Assembly (NCBI GenBank): GCA_963780475.1
Contig: CAWACB010000008.1
Span: 617,857 to 681,856 of the forward strand
DNA from: an uncultured Solirubrobacterales bacterium
Lineage (GTDB): Bacteria > Actinomycetota > Thermoleophilia > Solirubrobacterales > JBBDJG01
Direction of reading: 5' to 3'
Length of the DNA: 64,000 nt
The position numbers and the translations under genes are program-made. Under the pieces are notes generated by a model that did not search any database, had not been told where the DNA came from, and worked only from the letters and a program-made list of their open reading frames with translations. Below, one piece after another: positions 9,635 to 20,095 of this stretch. The stretch's first letter is position 1. Every line of letters starts with the position of its first letter.

Positions 9635-10367
9635 TTGAGGCCTAGCAAGACCCTGCCGTCGATCGCGCTCGCGCTGGGGCTGCTGCTGATCTGCGCGACG
9701 GCCGCGTCGGCGGGTGGGAGAAAAGAGGAGCAGTCGAGCGTCGAGCGGCTACGGCCCGCCGTCGAGGGGATCGACCTCGAGGTCGTCGACGGCGACAAGT
9801 TTCTCGCCCTGACGAACGAGTCCGGCAAGGTCATCCTCGTGAAGGGCTACGACGACGAGCCCTACCTGCGCTTCCTCGCCGGCGGAGTCGTCCAGGAGAA
9901 CCGCCGCTCACCCTCCAAGTTCGTCAACGACGACCGCTTCGGGCTGACGCCGGTACCGGCCGCCGCGAACTCCGACGCCACGCCCGTTTGGCGAACCGTT
10001 TCCCAGAACGGCACGTACAGATGGTTCGACCATCGCACCCACTCGATGGACAAGGGAATCCCGTCCGCAGGTGAAGGACCCCGAGCAGCGCACCAAGATC
10101 TTCGACTGGAACGTGCCGATGGAGGTCGGCGGCGCGCCGGTGGCGGCGCTCGGGACCCTCGAGTGGGTCCCTGCGTCCGAGTCCTCGTCGGACGGCGGCA
10201 TGTCGACCGGCGCGATCATCGCGATCGCAATCGGCGTGCTGCTGCTGCTCGGCGCGTTCGCCTATCTGCTTTCGCGGCGCCGCCGGCGCACGGTGCCCGC
10301 CGCCGCGGCGGGCGGGGTCGCGCCTCCCCCCGAGCCGGATCAGCCCAAGGAGAAGGAAGTCTGGTGA
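9635..10367 (+). CDS. uncharacterised secreted, C-terminally membrane-anchored protein (1-nt frame break near 10068)
   Basis: TTG start 5 nt after GAGGAG, with signal peptide MRPSKTLPSIALALGLLLICATAASA. The sequence ...TYRWFDHRTHSMDKGIPS continues in ORF 10071-10367 as VKDPEQRTKIFDWNVPMEVGG...LEWVP, followed by a TM helix and an RRRRR stop-transfer. Confidence 0.6.
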
Positions 10368-12171
10368 GGCGACGCGCGCTCGTGGTCCTCGCGCTGGCCG
10401 TGACAGTGCTCGCGGTGGCTCCGGCCGTCGCCATGGGCCACGCGGTCGTGGAGGGCACGGCGCCGCTGTCGGGCGAGACGGTCAAGCGCCAGCCGGCACA
10501 GATCGAGTTCCGTTACAGCGAGCCCGTCGAGGGCAACTTCGGCGCGATCCGCGTATTCGACAGCAAGAGCCGGCGCGTCGACAGCGGCGAGTCGTTCCAC
10601 CCCGGCGGCCAGGGATCGCGACTCGCGGTGCGACTCAAGCCGAACGTTCCAAAGGGCACCTACACCGCCACCTACCGCGTCATCTCCGCCGACAGCCATC
10701 CCGTCTCGGGCGGCTTCGTGTTCTCGGTCGGCCGCGCGTCGGCGAGCGGCGCGACGGTCTCGGACCTTCTCAACGACCGCGGCGCCAGCGGTGACGTCAC
10801 CGAGTTCTTCTTCGGCGTCACGCGGACGCTCCAGTACGCGGCGACGGCGATCGCGATCGGCGCCATCTTCTTCCTGCTCGTGATCTGGCTGCCCGCCCTT
10901 GCCTCGGTCGCCGGCGCGGGCGGCGAGTGGTCGCGCGCATCGGAGCGGTTCGCGCAGCGGCTGAGCCTCTTGCTCGCCGTGGCGGTCGTGACCGGCGTGG
11001 TTTCGTCGGCGCTCGGCATCGTGTTCCAGGGCGCGACCGCCGCGGGCGTGTCGTTCTGGAGCGCGCTCGACTGGGACGTCGTGGACCAGGTGCTCGGCAC
11101 GCGATTCGGAACGGTGTGGGGCATCCGGCTGCTCGTATGGCTGGCGCTGGGCGGGCTGCTGGTCGCGGCTTTCTCCGGCGCGCGCCGCCCCGTGCTGCGT
11201 CCGGCGTCCGTCGGGGCGACCGGCCTGGCGCTCGGGCGCCCGGGCCTGCGGAACGTGACGATCGCGGTCCTCCTCCTCCCGCTCGCCTTCCTCGCCATCG
11301 CTCCCGCGCTGGCCGGGCACGCCGGCCTGCAGGACCCGACCGCCGTCCTCTTCCCCGCCAACGTCGTCCACGTCATCGCGATGAGCATCTGGGCGGCCGG
11401 GCTCGTGACGCTGGTGCTCGCCGTCCCGGCCGCGACCCGCCAACTCGAAGGAACGGACCGCAGCCGCCTGCTGGCGGCCAACCTGGTCCGCTTCTCGAAC
11501 ATCGCGGCGGTGTGCGTGGCCGCGCTCCTGATCACGGGCGTCCTCCAGGCCTGGTTCGAGATCGGCGCCTGGAACAAGCTGTGGGACACGAAGTTCGGCG
11601 TGGCGGTGCTGATCAAGGCCGGCCTGCTCCTGATACCGCTCGCGGCGCTGGGCGCCTACAACCGCCGCCGTATCGTCCCGGAGCTGCGTGAGATCGCAGG
11701 CGGGCTCCGGCTACACCTGGTCGCACGGGCCTTCTGTTGAGGCGGTCGCTGCTGGCCGAGATCGCGCTGATCGCCGTGGTGCTGGGAGTGACCTCTGCGC
11801 TCGTCAGCTACCCACCGCCGGAATCGCTCGGGAACACGTCCGGGCCGTTCGCGGAGACGACGTCGTTCGGCCCGGCGGACATGCAGCTGACGGTCGATCC
11901 TGCACGGGTCGGCGCGAACGCGATGCACATCTATCTGACCGACAAGCGCACCGGCACCCAGTGGGACCAGCTGAAGGAGTTGAAGCTGTCGGCATCGCTG
12001 CCCAAGCAGGACATCGGCCCGGTCGCGCTCGACACGCGCAAGGCAGGCCCCGGTCACTTCGTCGTGGGCGGTGCGACCTTCGGCGCGGCGGGTGACTGGC
12101 AGCTGTCCGCCGAGGGCCTGGTCAGCGAGTTCGACGCGTACTACGCAAAGATCGACGTGCCCATCAAATAG
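10364..12171 (+). CDS. CopC-CopD-YtkA-like fusion, copper resistance/uptake membrane protein (frame break near 11703)
   Basis: GTG start overlaps the upstream stop (GTGA). The signal peptide is followed by a mature N-terminal His (AMG|HAVVEGTAP) and a CopC fold pattern (GTYTATYRVISADSHPVSGGFVF). A multi-TM CopD region follows. The last TM and a YtkA-like domain continue in ORF 11737-12171. Confidence 0.8.
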
Positions 12172-12214
12172 CCGAGAGGCCCGGTGTTCGGGCGCTATCG
12201 TTCTCTCCAGTTCG

Positions 12215-13104
12215 ATGACCGGCGTCAAGCGCAGCGAAATTCCGTCGAGCCCCAACGCCGAGATCATCGAGGCCTGGGACGGCCCGCTGTACGAGCGCTT
12301 CGTCCGGTTCCGCCCGATCGTCACTACCGGGCTCGGCAACCACGGTGAGGCAGCGCTCGGGCTCTACCCGCCGCAGCCCGGCCAGCGCGTGCTCGACGTC
12401 GGCTGCGGGTTCGGCGACACGACGCAGCGCATCGCCGGGCTCGTCGGCCCGGACGGCGAGGCAGTAGGGGTGGACGTGTCGCCGCGGTTCATCGAGGACT
12501 GCGTGCGCGAGACCGCGGAGTTCGGGATCACCAACGCGTCGTTCAAGGTCGCGGACGTCCAGACGGACGACCTCGGCGGGCCCTACGACATGGTCTTCTC
12601 GCGGATGGGCGTGATGTTCTTCAACGCACCGGTCCCGGCACTGCGGAACGTGCGCAGCGTGCTCCGCCCAGGTGCGCTGATCGTGGCGGTCGTGTGGCGG
12701 CGCCGGATCGACAACGACTGGATGTACCGCGCGCAGCAGATCGTCGAGGCCATCGTCCCCCGCCCCGAGGAATACGACGAGCCCACCTGCGGTCCGGGCC
12801 CCTTCTCGATGGCGGACGCGGACACGACGACCGAGATCTTCAAGTACGCGGGGTTCCAGGACATCGCGCTGCACCGCTCGGACATTCCGATCCTCGTCGG
12901 CAGGACCATCGACGACGCGATCGACCTGGCGAGGGCGCTGGGGCCGGCCGGTGAGACCCTGCGGCTCGCGGGTGACCGTGCCGCGCACCTGCACGACGAG
13001 GTCGACGCCAAGCTGCGCGAGGGGCTGGCGGAGTTCGAGCGCCCCGACGGCGTCTACGCGCCCGCGCGTCGACGTGGATCGTGGCTGCCCGCAACCCGGG
13101 CTAG
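12215..13104 (+). CDS. class I SAM-dependent methyltransferase (frame break near 13064)
   Basis: Starts MTGVKRSE... and carries motif I VLDVGCGFGDTT. The C-terminus reads ASTWIVAARNPG* in the -1 frame, with TAG at 13102-13104. Confidence 0.75.
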
Positions 13105-13108
13105 CGCT

Positions 13109-14953
13109 TCAGGCTGATCCGAACGGTCTCGGAGCTGCCGCCGCCCTGACCTTGGCGCGCAGCTGAACGCTCTTCGCGCTGCGCGGCACGTAGCAACGGC
13201 CGATCATCAGCCGGCTGCGGCCCTTGCCTGATCGCTTGGCGCGACGCAGGCGCGGACGCGACGAGAAGCGGCCCCGCTCATCCACGCGCAGGTGCGCGGC
13301 GGTGCTCCAGGTGCCGCGTGCGCGGACCTGCAGTGAGACGCTGCGCGACCCGCTCGCCGACGAAACCGCTCCGTACACCCGGCCCTTGACGATCAGGCGG
13401 CCGCCGCGCCAGAGCGAGTCGGTGTGGCTCTTGAGCCGCACCCGAGTGCGCGACTTGGCCTTGGTGCCGGTCGTGCCAGTCTCCGTCGCGGGCGGTCCCG
13501 CCGGTCCCAGGGTGCCAACCGGCCGGTATGGGGTCGGCGGTCCGGAGATCCGGCGGATGGACAGCGGTCCGCCGGGACCCGTCGGCGGTCCGGTCGGGCC
13601 AGTCGTGCCGGTCGGGCCCGACGGTCCAGACGGACCAGTCGGACCAGTGGGCCCTGTCGGACCAGTGGGACCAGTGGGCCCTGTCGGACCAGTGGGACCA
13701 GTCGGACCTGTCGGTCCGGATGGACCGGTGGGACCAGTGGGACCGGTTGACCCGGTCGGGCCGGTCGGGCCGGTCGGGCCGGTCGGGCCGGTCGGGCCGG
13801 ACGGACCAGTCGGACCAGTCGGACCAGTGGGACCAGTGGGACCGGTGGGACCAGTGGGACCGGTCGGGCCGGTCGGTCCGGACGGACCAGTGGGCCCCGT
13901 AGGACCAGTCGGCCCCGTAGGGCCAGTGGGACCTGTCGGCCCGGTCGGACCGGTCGGGCCGGTCGTCCCGCCGGGCTCCACGTTCACGAGGCGCAGGTCA
14001 TCGGGTCGGAGCCGCACGGAGGACTGGCTCAGCCCGGCCTGGTCCCAGAGCTCCGCGTGGGTGGAATCCGCGTCCAGCTCGAAGCTCGCGCCCTGGTCCA
14101 CTATGTAGGCGCCGTAGATCTTGAGCGCCCGCACGACGTTGCGCACGCCGATGCTCGCGTCTGCTGCGGGCTCGTAGTCGGAGCGCAGCACGTAAAGCTG
14201 GCCGTACTTGACTCCGCACCCGCAGTTCCCATCGCTCTTCACGGCCGGCGGATTGATGTACTCGCGCGCTACGCGCGGCACTGTGATCCCAAGGGCGTGG
14301 TCGAAGCCGAGCAGCGCCTCCTCGGCGGTCAGAGTGGTCGTGACGAGCGGCGTTCCCGACCCGCGGGCGGTGGCGTTCTCGCAGCACGTCGCCAGGCCGT
14401 TCCCGTTCAGGTCCCAGACGGCGAGGTTGGCCGCCTCGTAACGCCCGGCGAGGACGTTGGCCTCCGTGCAGGGCGGGCCGCTGTCGCTGCCCATCTTGCA
14501 ACGCCAGAACGTCCATGCGCGCGTCTTGTCCGCCGAGACGATCACCAGGTGCCCATCGGTGCCGGCGGCCGCGTACATACCGGCCGGGACCGGGATGCAC
14601 TCGCCGTGATAGGCGACGTTGCCCTTGGCCCAATCCGGATGACGGACGTTGGCCGTGCGGCACTGATCGAGCGGTGAGGCCCAGAAAGTCGGCTTCGCGT
14701 AGTTGATGTCCGGCGGGATGCCGGAGATGTTCATCGTTCCGTCGTAGCTCGTGAACTCGCTCGCGTACGGATTGCTGGCAGTGACCTCGCCCTTGGCGGC
14801 TGCGGGCACGTTCCAGAGACTGTTGGCCTGAAAGGCCCTGAAGGGTGCCGCGGCCGCGGGCTGGACGCCGGCTGTCAAGAAGATGACCAGAAGCGCGACG
14901 GCTGCGAGAAGCGAGCGCGCCAGCTTCCTCTTGGGAAACGCTGATCCGTGCAT
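13109..14953 (-). CDS. secreted protein: unknown N-terminal globular domain + collagen-like (GPT)n region + basic C-terminal domain
   Basis: ATG at 14953, 3 nt after GGAGGAG. Signal/TM segment [28 protein letters not shown]. About 40 uninterrupted G-X-Y triplets, mostly GPT with occasional GPS, GST and GTT. Confidence 0.8.
   Translation of the reverse strand: MHGSAFPKRKLARSLLAAVALLVIFLTAGVQPAAAAPFRAFQANSLWNVPAAAKGEVTASNPYASEFTSYDGTMNISGIPPDINYAKPTFWASPLDQCRTANVRHPDWAKGNVAYHGECIPVPAGMYAAAGTDGHLVIVSADKTRAWTFWRCKMGSDSGPPCTEANVLAGRYEAANLAVWDLNGNGLATCCENATARGSGTPLVTTTLTAEEALLGFDHALGITVPRVAREYINPPAVKSDGNCGCGVKYGQLYVLRSDYEPAADASIGVRNVVRALKIYGAYIVDQGASFELDADSTHAELWDQAGLSQSSVRLRPDDLRLVNVEPGGTTGPTGPTGPTGPTGPTGPTGPTGPTGPSGPTGPTGPTGPTGPTGPTGPTGPTGPSGPTGPTGPTGPTGPTGSTGPTGPTGPSGPTGPTGPTGPTGPTGPTGPTGPTGPTGPSGPSGPTGTTGPTGPPTGPGGPLSIRRISGPPTPYRPVGTLGPAGPPATETGTTGTKAKSRTRVRLKSHTDSLWRGGRLIVKGRVYGAVSSASGSRSVSLQVRARGTWSTAAHLRVDERGRFSSRPRLRRAKRSGKGRSRLMIGRCYVPRSAKSVQLRAKVRAAAAPRPFGSA
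13565..13965 (-). repeat. coding 9-nt periodic tandem repeat (GPT collagen-like triplets)
   Basis: Plus strand shows reiterated ggaccagt(c/g)gg(a/g)cc(a/g)gt units. These translate on the minus strand as GPTGPTGPT... Confidence 0.85.
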
Positions 14954-15096
14954 CGGCTCCTCCGCCCAGGTTGAGCCGCCCGTTTGCAAGTCCACAGTGC
15001 GTCACGGGCTCCGCGACGCGGTCGGAAGCTTTGCAGACTTCGGGGACGTGCGTCGGTTCGCGACGCCTTTTCTTTACGACCCGGTAAGAGTTGCGC

Positions 15097-15420
15097 TTAG
15101 AAGCCGAGCGCGAACTTGGCGTCCTCGGACATCTTCTCCGGGGACCACGGCGGGGAAAAGATCATCTTCGGAAACACCTTCTCGACTCCGTCGATCTCGC
15201 CCACGAACTCCTTGATCTGCTCGGTCACCGTGGGGCCGATCGGGCACGCCGGAGTCGTGAGGGTGAAGGTGACGTGCACGTCACGGTCCTCGATCTCGAC
15301 GTCGTAGATCAGCCCGAGCGAGACGAAGTCGAGCCCCAGCTCGGGGTCGATGACGTTCTCGAGCGCTTCCATCACGTCGTCGACCTCGGGGGCCGGAGCA
15401 GCTGTCTGCTGGTCGCTCAC
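15097..15420 (-). CDS. DUF59/SufT-like Fe-S assembly protein
   Basis: 107 aa. Motifs VIDPELGLDFVSLGLIYDV and TTPACP. Confidence 0.85.
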   Translation of the reverse strand: MSDQQTAAPAPEVDDVMEALENVIDPELGLDFVSLGLIYDVEIEDRDVHVTFTLTTPACPIGPTVTEQIKEFVGEIDGVEKVFPKMIFSPPWSPEKMSEDAKFALGF

Positions 15421-15479
15421 CTGCCCGATGTTAGAGCACGGGTGTCAGGCCCCAGGGCACCGGTAAATAGGATGACCTA

Positions 15480-15947
15480 GTGCTTCTTCTCGTCCTGATC
15501 TTCATCGTCGTCCCGATCGTCGAGATCTACGTGATCATCCAGGTCGGGCAGGCGATCGGCGCCCTGTGGACGATCCTGATCCTGGTGGTGGACTCGATCA
15601 TCGGGGCGCGGCTCCTGCGGTGGCAGGGTGGGCGCGCGTGGCTGAACTTCCAGAACGCGATGGCCGCCGGGCGCATTCCCCACCGGGAGATCCTCGACGG
15701 CGTCCTGATCATCGTCGGTGGCGCGTTCCTCCTCACGCCCGGGTTCGTCACCGACATCTTCGGGCTGATCCTGCTCATCCCGCCCAGCCGCGCGGTCGTG
15801 CGCAGGTTCGTTGTCGCCGCGCTGACACGTCGCAGCGGCGCGCGGTTCGCCCGGGTGGTCGTGCGCCGGGTGCCCAGGCGGGAGGACGGTCCCCCACCGC
15901 CGACCGCGACTCCAACCGATTCCGAGCGCCGGCTCCCTCCGGGATGA
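15480..15947 (+). CDS. fxsA: FxsA family membrane protein
   Basis: 155 aa with a GTG start. Pattern VPIVEIYVIIQVGQAIG...LLTPGFVTDIFGLILLIPPSR. Confidence 0.85.
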   Translation: MLLLVLIFIVVPIVEIYVIIQVGQAIGALWTILILVVDSIIGARLLRWQGGRAWLNFQNAMAAGRIPHREILDGVLIIVGGAFLLTPGFVTDIFGLILLIPPSRAVVRRFVVAALTRRSGARFARVVVRRVPRREDGPPPPTATPTDSERRLPPG

Positions 15948-16819
15948 TCGCGCCCGGCGACGAACGCGCGCACAGCGGGCCGCCGGGCTTCCACGACTCG
16001 GTCCTGGTCGAGTTCTGCGACGGCGAGCGCGAGCTGTTCGGGCTGCTGCGGGTCGCGCGCGTGCCCGATGCCGAGCGCACGGAGCTCCTCGCGATCATGT
16101 TCTCGGGCGCGGACCCGGTGCTGAGCTCGGCCGAGTCCGGGCTGCCGCTGGCGCCGGACTGGCAGCGGGTCGAGGCCGGTGGCGCGCGGTTCGAGGTGGT
16201 CGCGCCGCTGGAGCGCTGGCGGGCCTCCTACGCCTCGGCGGCGGCCGCGTTCGATCTGGAGCTGACGGCCGCGTCGGCGCCCGTGGACTTCGACGAGCCC
16301 CCGGCAGCAGAGCTGGCGCGGGCGTCCGGAACGCACGGATACGAGCAGCTGTGCAGCGTGCGGGGAACGGCGCGTGTCGGCGGGCAGGAGACGCAGCTCG
16401 AAGGCGTCGGGCGGCGAGTGCACAGCTGGGGCCGCTCCGAGCCCGGTTCGATAGCGGCCGCCCGCTCCGTGTTCGCGTTCGCGGAGGGCTCGGGCATGAC
16501 CGTCGCCTCGATCAGGCCGGCAGGCACCGCCGACCACGGGCACGAGCTGATCGCCGGTCACCTGCTGAGCGGCGCGACGGAGCCGCTGGCCTTGGAGCAG
16601 GTGCGCCTGTCGACCGTGTACGACCGCAGCGGCCGCCCGCGCGAGGCCGGCCTCGAGCTGCTCGCGCCGGGAGAGGAGATGCCCCGCCGGGTCGCCGGGG
16701 AAGCGACCTGCGGGATCTCGATCGAGAGCGACGAGGCCATCACCTGGCTGGCGTTCTTCCGCTGGTCGTTCGAGGGCATGCCGGGACTGGGCAGCTACCA
16801 ACTGCATCGGCGCAAGTGA
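15944..16819 (+). CDS. hypothetical protein
   Basis: The ATG overlaps the fxsA stop (ATGA). 291 aa, non-repetitive, with no family I recognise. This is the in-frame part of ORF 15566-16819. Confidence 0.55.
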   Translation: MIAPGDERAHSGPPGFHDSVLVEFCDGERELFGLLRVARVPDAERTELLAIMFSGADPVLSSAESGLPLAPDWQRVEAGGARFEVVAPLERWRASYASAAAAFDLELTAASAPVDFDEPPAAELARASGTHGYEQLCSVRGTARVGGQETQLEGVGRRVHSWGRSEPGSIAAARSVFAFAEGSGMTVASIRPAGTADHGHELIAGHLLSGATEPLALEQVRLSTVYDRSGRPREAGLELLAPGEEMPRRVAGEATCGISIESDEAITWLAFFRWSFEGMPGLGSYQLHRRK

Positions 16820-17490
16820 GCGGCCCGGACGGCCAGATCCGGGCGGTGATCAGCGATTTCGGCGGAGTCCTGACGAATCACCTGATCGAGGCCTTCGGCG
16901 CCTTCCAGGACGAGACCGGCATCTCACCCGAGCAGCTGAACAGCGGCATGCACAAGCTCGGGGACCGGGACGGTGAGTACCCGTTGTTCCGGCTCGAGCG
17001 GGGGGAGCTGACAGAGCAGCAGTTCCTCGAGGACCTCTCCTGGGCGCTGGAAGAGGAGCTTGGCCGACGGCCACACCTGCTCCGCTTCCGGGAGATCTAC
17101 TTCTCCGCCCTGCACCCGAACGAGCCGATGCTGGAAGTCATGCGGGCCGCTCGCGACCGCGGCTACCGGATGGCGATCCTCACCAACAACGTGCGTGAGT
17201 GGGAGGAGGTCTGGCGGTCAAAGCTGCCCTTGGACCAGATCTTCGAGCTGGTCGTGGATTCGGCCTGGGTTGGAATGCGCAAGCCGGACCCCGCGATCTA
17301 CCGCCTCACGATCGAGCGCCTGGGCGGCCTGTCTCCCGAGGAGCACCTGTTCGTCGACGACAACGAGCTCAACATCGAGGCCGCCCGGAAGCTAGGGCTC
17401 CATGCGGTGCACTTCCGTTCCAACGAGCAGGCCATACCCGAGATCCGCGCCGCGCTCGGCCTCGACCCTCAGGCTGAGCCCGAGGGTTAG
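16816..17490 (+). CDS. HAD-superfamily hydrolase (subfamily IA-like)
   Basis: The GTG overlaps the upstream stop (GTGA). Motifs VISDFGGVL, ILTNN, KPDPAIY, FVDDN. Confidence 0.8.
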   Translation: MSGPDGQIRAVISDFGGVLTNHLIEAFGAFQDETGISPEQLNSGMHKLGDRDGEYPLFRLERGELTEQQFLEDLSWALEEELGRRPHLLRFREIYFSALHPNEPMLEVMRAARDRGYRMAILTNNVREWEEVWRSKLPLDQIFELVVDSAWVGMRKPDPAIYRLTIERLGGLSPEEHLFVDDNELNIEAARKLGLHAVHFRSNEQAIPEIRAALGLDPQAEPEG

Positions 17491-17511
17491 CCGCTGCCGG
17501 CGCCTGGCTGC

Positions 17512-17979
17512 CTAGTTCTCGCAGCCGATGCGGTCGGCGATGTAGATATCGAGCGCCGTCTGCGTGAGCTTCTCGAGGCGGCTCTCCGACAACCAGGGCA
17601 GCACGATGTCGAGTGCCTCCTCCTCGCCGACGCCGGCGATGAAGGCCTCGTCCCCGCGGAACCGGGCCGCCAGCTTGAGCACCTCGCGGCGGTGCTCGCC
17701 GAGCGACTCGAACGCCCCGACCAGGAACTCGGCGCTCGCCACCGGCGTGCCGACCTCGAGCGTGGCGTGCCATGCCGCCAGCATCGAGAGATCCTCGTGG
17801 TCGAGCTCGCACACCGCGCGCTCGTAGTGCTGTGACAGCTCGGCATCCGGGATGTCGTCGACCCAGGCCTCGATCACTGCCGAGAGCAATGACCGCCGCG
17901 CTTCGCGGCCGACGGACTCCGCCACGACCCGAATTGCCTCCTGTGGCTCTATGAAGCAGATCGCCATGGCAGCCACCAT
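17512..17979 (-). CDS. hypothetical protein
   Basis: 155-aa ORF with a protein-like acidic sequence and no recognisable motif. The start could instead be the ATG at 17967. Confidence 0.5.
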   Translation of the reverse strand: MVAAMAICFIEPQEAIRVVAESVGREARRSLLSAVIEAWVDDIPDAELSQHYERAVCELDHEDLSMLAAWHATLEVGTPVASAEFLVGAFESLGEHRREVLKLAARFRGDEAFIAGVGEEEALDIVLPWLSESRLEKLTQTALDIYIADRIGCEN

Positions 17980-18006
17980 AGGAGCCCGATCCGACAGAAT
18001 CGCGCG

Positions 18007-18543
18007 ATGCTCGCTGACGAATGGTGGTTCTGGGCCGCTGCTGGCATGGTTTTCGCCGGTGCCTTAGCCGCAAATGGCCGATATCGGCGTGGTGCCGCGG
18101 AATTGCGCCGGCGCGCGGTGGCGCGCCGGATCGTCGACCCGGGCGCCGGACAGCGCCTGGAGACGGCCCCGGCCGGGTTCTGGGGCGATCTGGGCTGGCT
18201 TTTGATGGTGGTGGGTGCCTGGGTGGCGCTCTCGCCGTGGATCTGGGGCTACGACGGCGAGCCCGGCGCGATCACAAGCGACGTGCCGACCGGAATCGCC
18301 ATCATCGTGATCTCGGCCGCCGGAATCCTGTTCCCCGGGCTCCTGACCCTCAACGTCGCGATCGGTACCTGGCTGATGATCGCCCCGTGGCTGGTCGGCT
18401 ACGGCGGCGAGGGCGGCCCCGTCGGGTTGAGCGACACGATCGCGGGCCTGGTCGTGATCGTGGCATCGCTGCTGACGCTGTCCGACGCCGCCCGCCGGAC
18501 GCGCCCCGCGCAGCCGGGGGCAGTGGCGCGCATCCGGCGCTGA
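18007..18543 (+). CDS. SPW-repeat membrane protein
   Basis: Two TM pairs ending in ALSPWIWGY and MIAPWLVGY. Confidence 0.7.
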   Translation: MLADEWWFWAAAGMVFAGALAANGRYRRGAAELRRRAVARRIVDPGAGQRLETAPAGFWGDLGWLLMVVGAWVALSPWIWGYDGEPGAITSDVPTGIAIIVISAAGILFPGLLTLNVAIGTWLMIAPWLVGYGGEGGPVGLSDTIAGLVVIVASLLTLSDAARRTRPAQPGAVARIRR

Positions 18544-18564
18544 GCTGGTTTTCGTGTCCCGCGG

Positions 18565-19707
18565 CTACAGACCGCACGGCCCGGTATCGACCGCGCGCCG
18601 CGCGCGCCGGAGCGCATCGCTGACGATCTCCTCGGGAACGGCGTAGCCGCCCGTCGGGCCGCTCGTGGTGGCGGCGAACACGGTCGCAACGACACGACCG
18701 TCCTCGTCGACGACCGGACCGCCGGAGTTGCCGGAGCGGATCCGGCCGCGCAGGGAGGTCATCCGGCGCGATATCGGCCCGCGCCCGTAGGCGTCCTCGC
18801 TGATCACCGTCCGAGTCGGTCCGAGCCGACCGGCGACCGCCGTGTAGGGCCCGTCCTTGGGATAGCCGAGGATCGCCACCGGCTCGCCCGACGGGGCCTC
18901 GTCGCGGTGCCGGAGCACGCGCCCGCCGAGGTCGTCGACCCGCAGGATGGCCACGTCGTTGCGCGAGTCGAACTGGTATGCCTCCGCGCCGTGCGGGGTT
19001 CCGTCGGGCCCCTCGACCGTCGTGTCGTCCTGGCCGGCCACCACGTGCGCGTTGGTCACGACCAGGCCCGGTGCCGCGATCCATCCCGATCCCTGCACGC
19101 CGAGCCCGCACGCGGTGCCGAGCACCTTGACGACGCCGGGCCGCGCATCGTGCACGTCGGGGTCGCGCAGGATTCGCCGCGTCGGGCGCGGAACGTCGGG
19201 CACCGGGCCGGCGATTCGCGGCACGGGGTCGAAGCGCGCCAGTGCATTGAGAATCGGACCGGAGGGTGGAAACAGCTGGTTCAGCTGGGCGAGGATCGCG
19301 GAGCGCTGGATGTCCTTCCGGAACCGGCTCGCGCCGGGTGTCTGCAGCGCGACCGCGCCGGCGACCCACACCAGTGCGATGCCGAGCGCTCCCACGAGCA
19401 CAGCTCCGCCGACGCCGTCCAGCTCGGCGGCGAGCGGGAAGCGCATCCGGCGGCGCAGTCTCACGCCGACCGACTCCAGCAGCACGGCGGCGAGCGAGCC
19501 CAGCATCAGGCCGCCGATCAGGGTGAAGAGCGGCGCGTAAGGAGAGCTCGAACCGCCGGATAGGAACAGCGGCGCGACCCGCGCCCCGACCAGCGCTCCA
19601 ACCGCGAAGCCCGTCAGCGAGAACGCGCTCACCACGAGACCCTGCAGGTATCCCCACAGCGCCATCAGCAGGACGAAGGCGATGATGATCCAGTCGAGGG
19701 TCGTCAT
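18565..19707 (-). CDS. CvpA-domain membrane serine protease (MarP-like)
   Basis: Starts MTTLDWIIIAF at 19707. A CvpA-type 4-TM N-terminus is followed by a trypsin-like triad context (TNAHVVAG, RNDVAILRV, GNSGGPVVD). Confidence 0.85.
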   Translation of the reverse strand: MTTLDWIIIAFVLLMALWGYLQGLVVSAFSLTGFAVGALVGARVAPLFLSGGSSSPYAPLFTLIGGLMLGSLAAVLLESVGVRLRRRMRFPLAAELDGVGGAVLVGALGIALVWVAGAVALQTPGASRFRKDIQRSAILAQLNQLFPPSGPILNALARFDPVPRIAGPVPDVPRPTRRILRDPDVHDARPGVVKVLGTACGLGVQGSGWIAAPGLVVTNAHVVAGQDDTTVEGPDGTPHGAEAYQFDSRNDVAILRVDDLGGRVLRHRDEAPSGEPVAILGYPKDGPYTAVAGRLGPTRTVISEDAYGRGPISRRMTSLRGRIRSGNSGGPVVDEDGRVVATVFAATTSGPTGGYAVPEEIVSDALRRARRAVDTGPCGL

Positions 19708-19737
19708 CTGCGCAATTCGCCGTATAGAGTGGAGCCG

Positions 19738-20095
19738 ATGGAGGAGACGTATCAGGCCGGTCGAGGTCCGGCGGCGTGATCCCAACCTCGTCCGGCTCAC
19801 GCAGGCGGGGCTGCTGATCGCATGCCTCGGCGCCGTGCTGATCATCTTCAACCCGTTCGACCTCGGCATCGTCGGTCTGGTGCTGGCCGCGGCAGGAACG
19901 GTGCTCGCCGCGCGCGGTGGCCTCGGGAAGACCTGGTTCTGGGTCGTCGCCGCGGGCACGATCGTGGCGATCCTGTCACGCCTGCTCGCGGAGAACTCCG
20001 AGGTCCTCGGCGGGTGGCTGGCGGTCATCTCGTGCATCGCGATCCTCTGCGCCGCGACGGTGGGGTATCCCACCAGCGAAGAAGACCTCGGCTAG
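19738..20095 (+). CDS. small membrane protein, N-terminus unresolved
   Basis: TM-rich C-terminal part (LIACLGAVLIIFNPFDLGIVGLVLAAAG..., ORF 19682-20095). The Arg-rich N-terminus of that ORF looks non-coding. An ATG at 19738 with GGAG lies in another frame (MEETYQAGRGPAA), suggesting one more frame break near 19775. Confidence 0.4.

Noticed and set aside
13565-13965. Regularly spaced short repeats that could be mistaken for a CRISPR array. Similar repeats occur at 62350-63060.
   Set aside because: The period is 9 nt (GPT triplets) or 27 nt (RTX nonapeptides) with no unique spacers. Both lie inside long, well-supported ORFs.
18350-19657. A 435-aa minus-strand ORF overlapping the MarP-like gene.
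   Set aside because: It is an alternative frame of the same strand with an Arg/Gly/Pro-rich nonsense sequence. The 18565-19707 frame carries the CvpA and serine-protease motifs.
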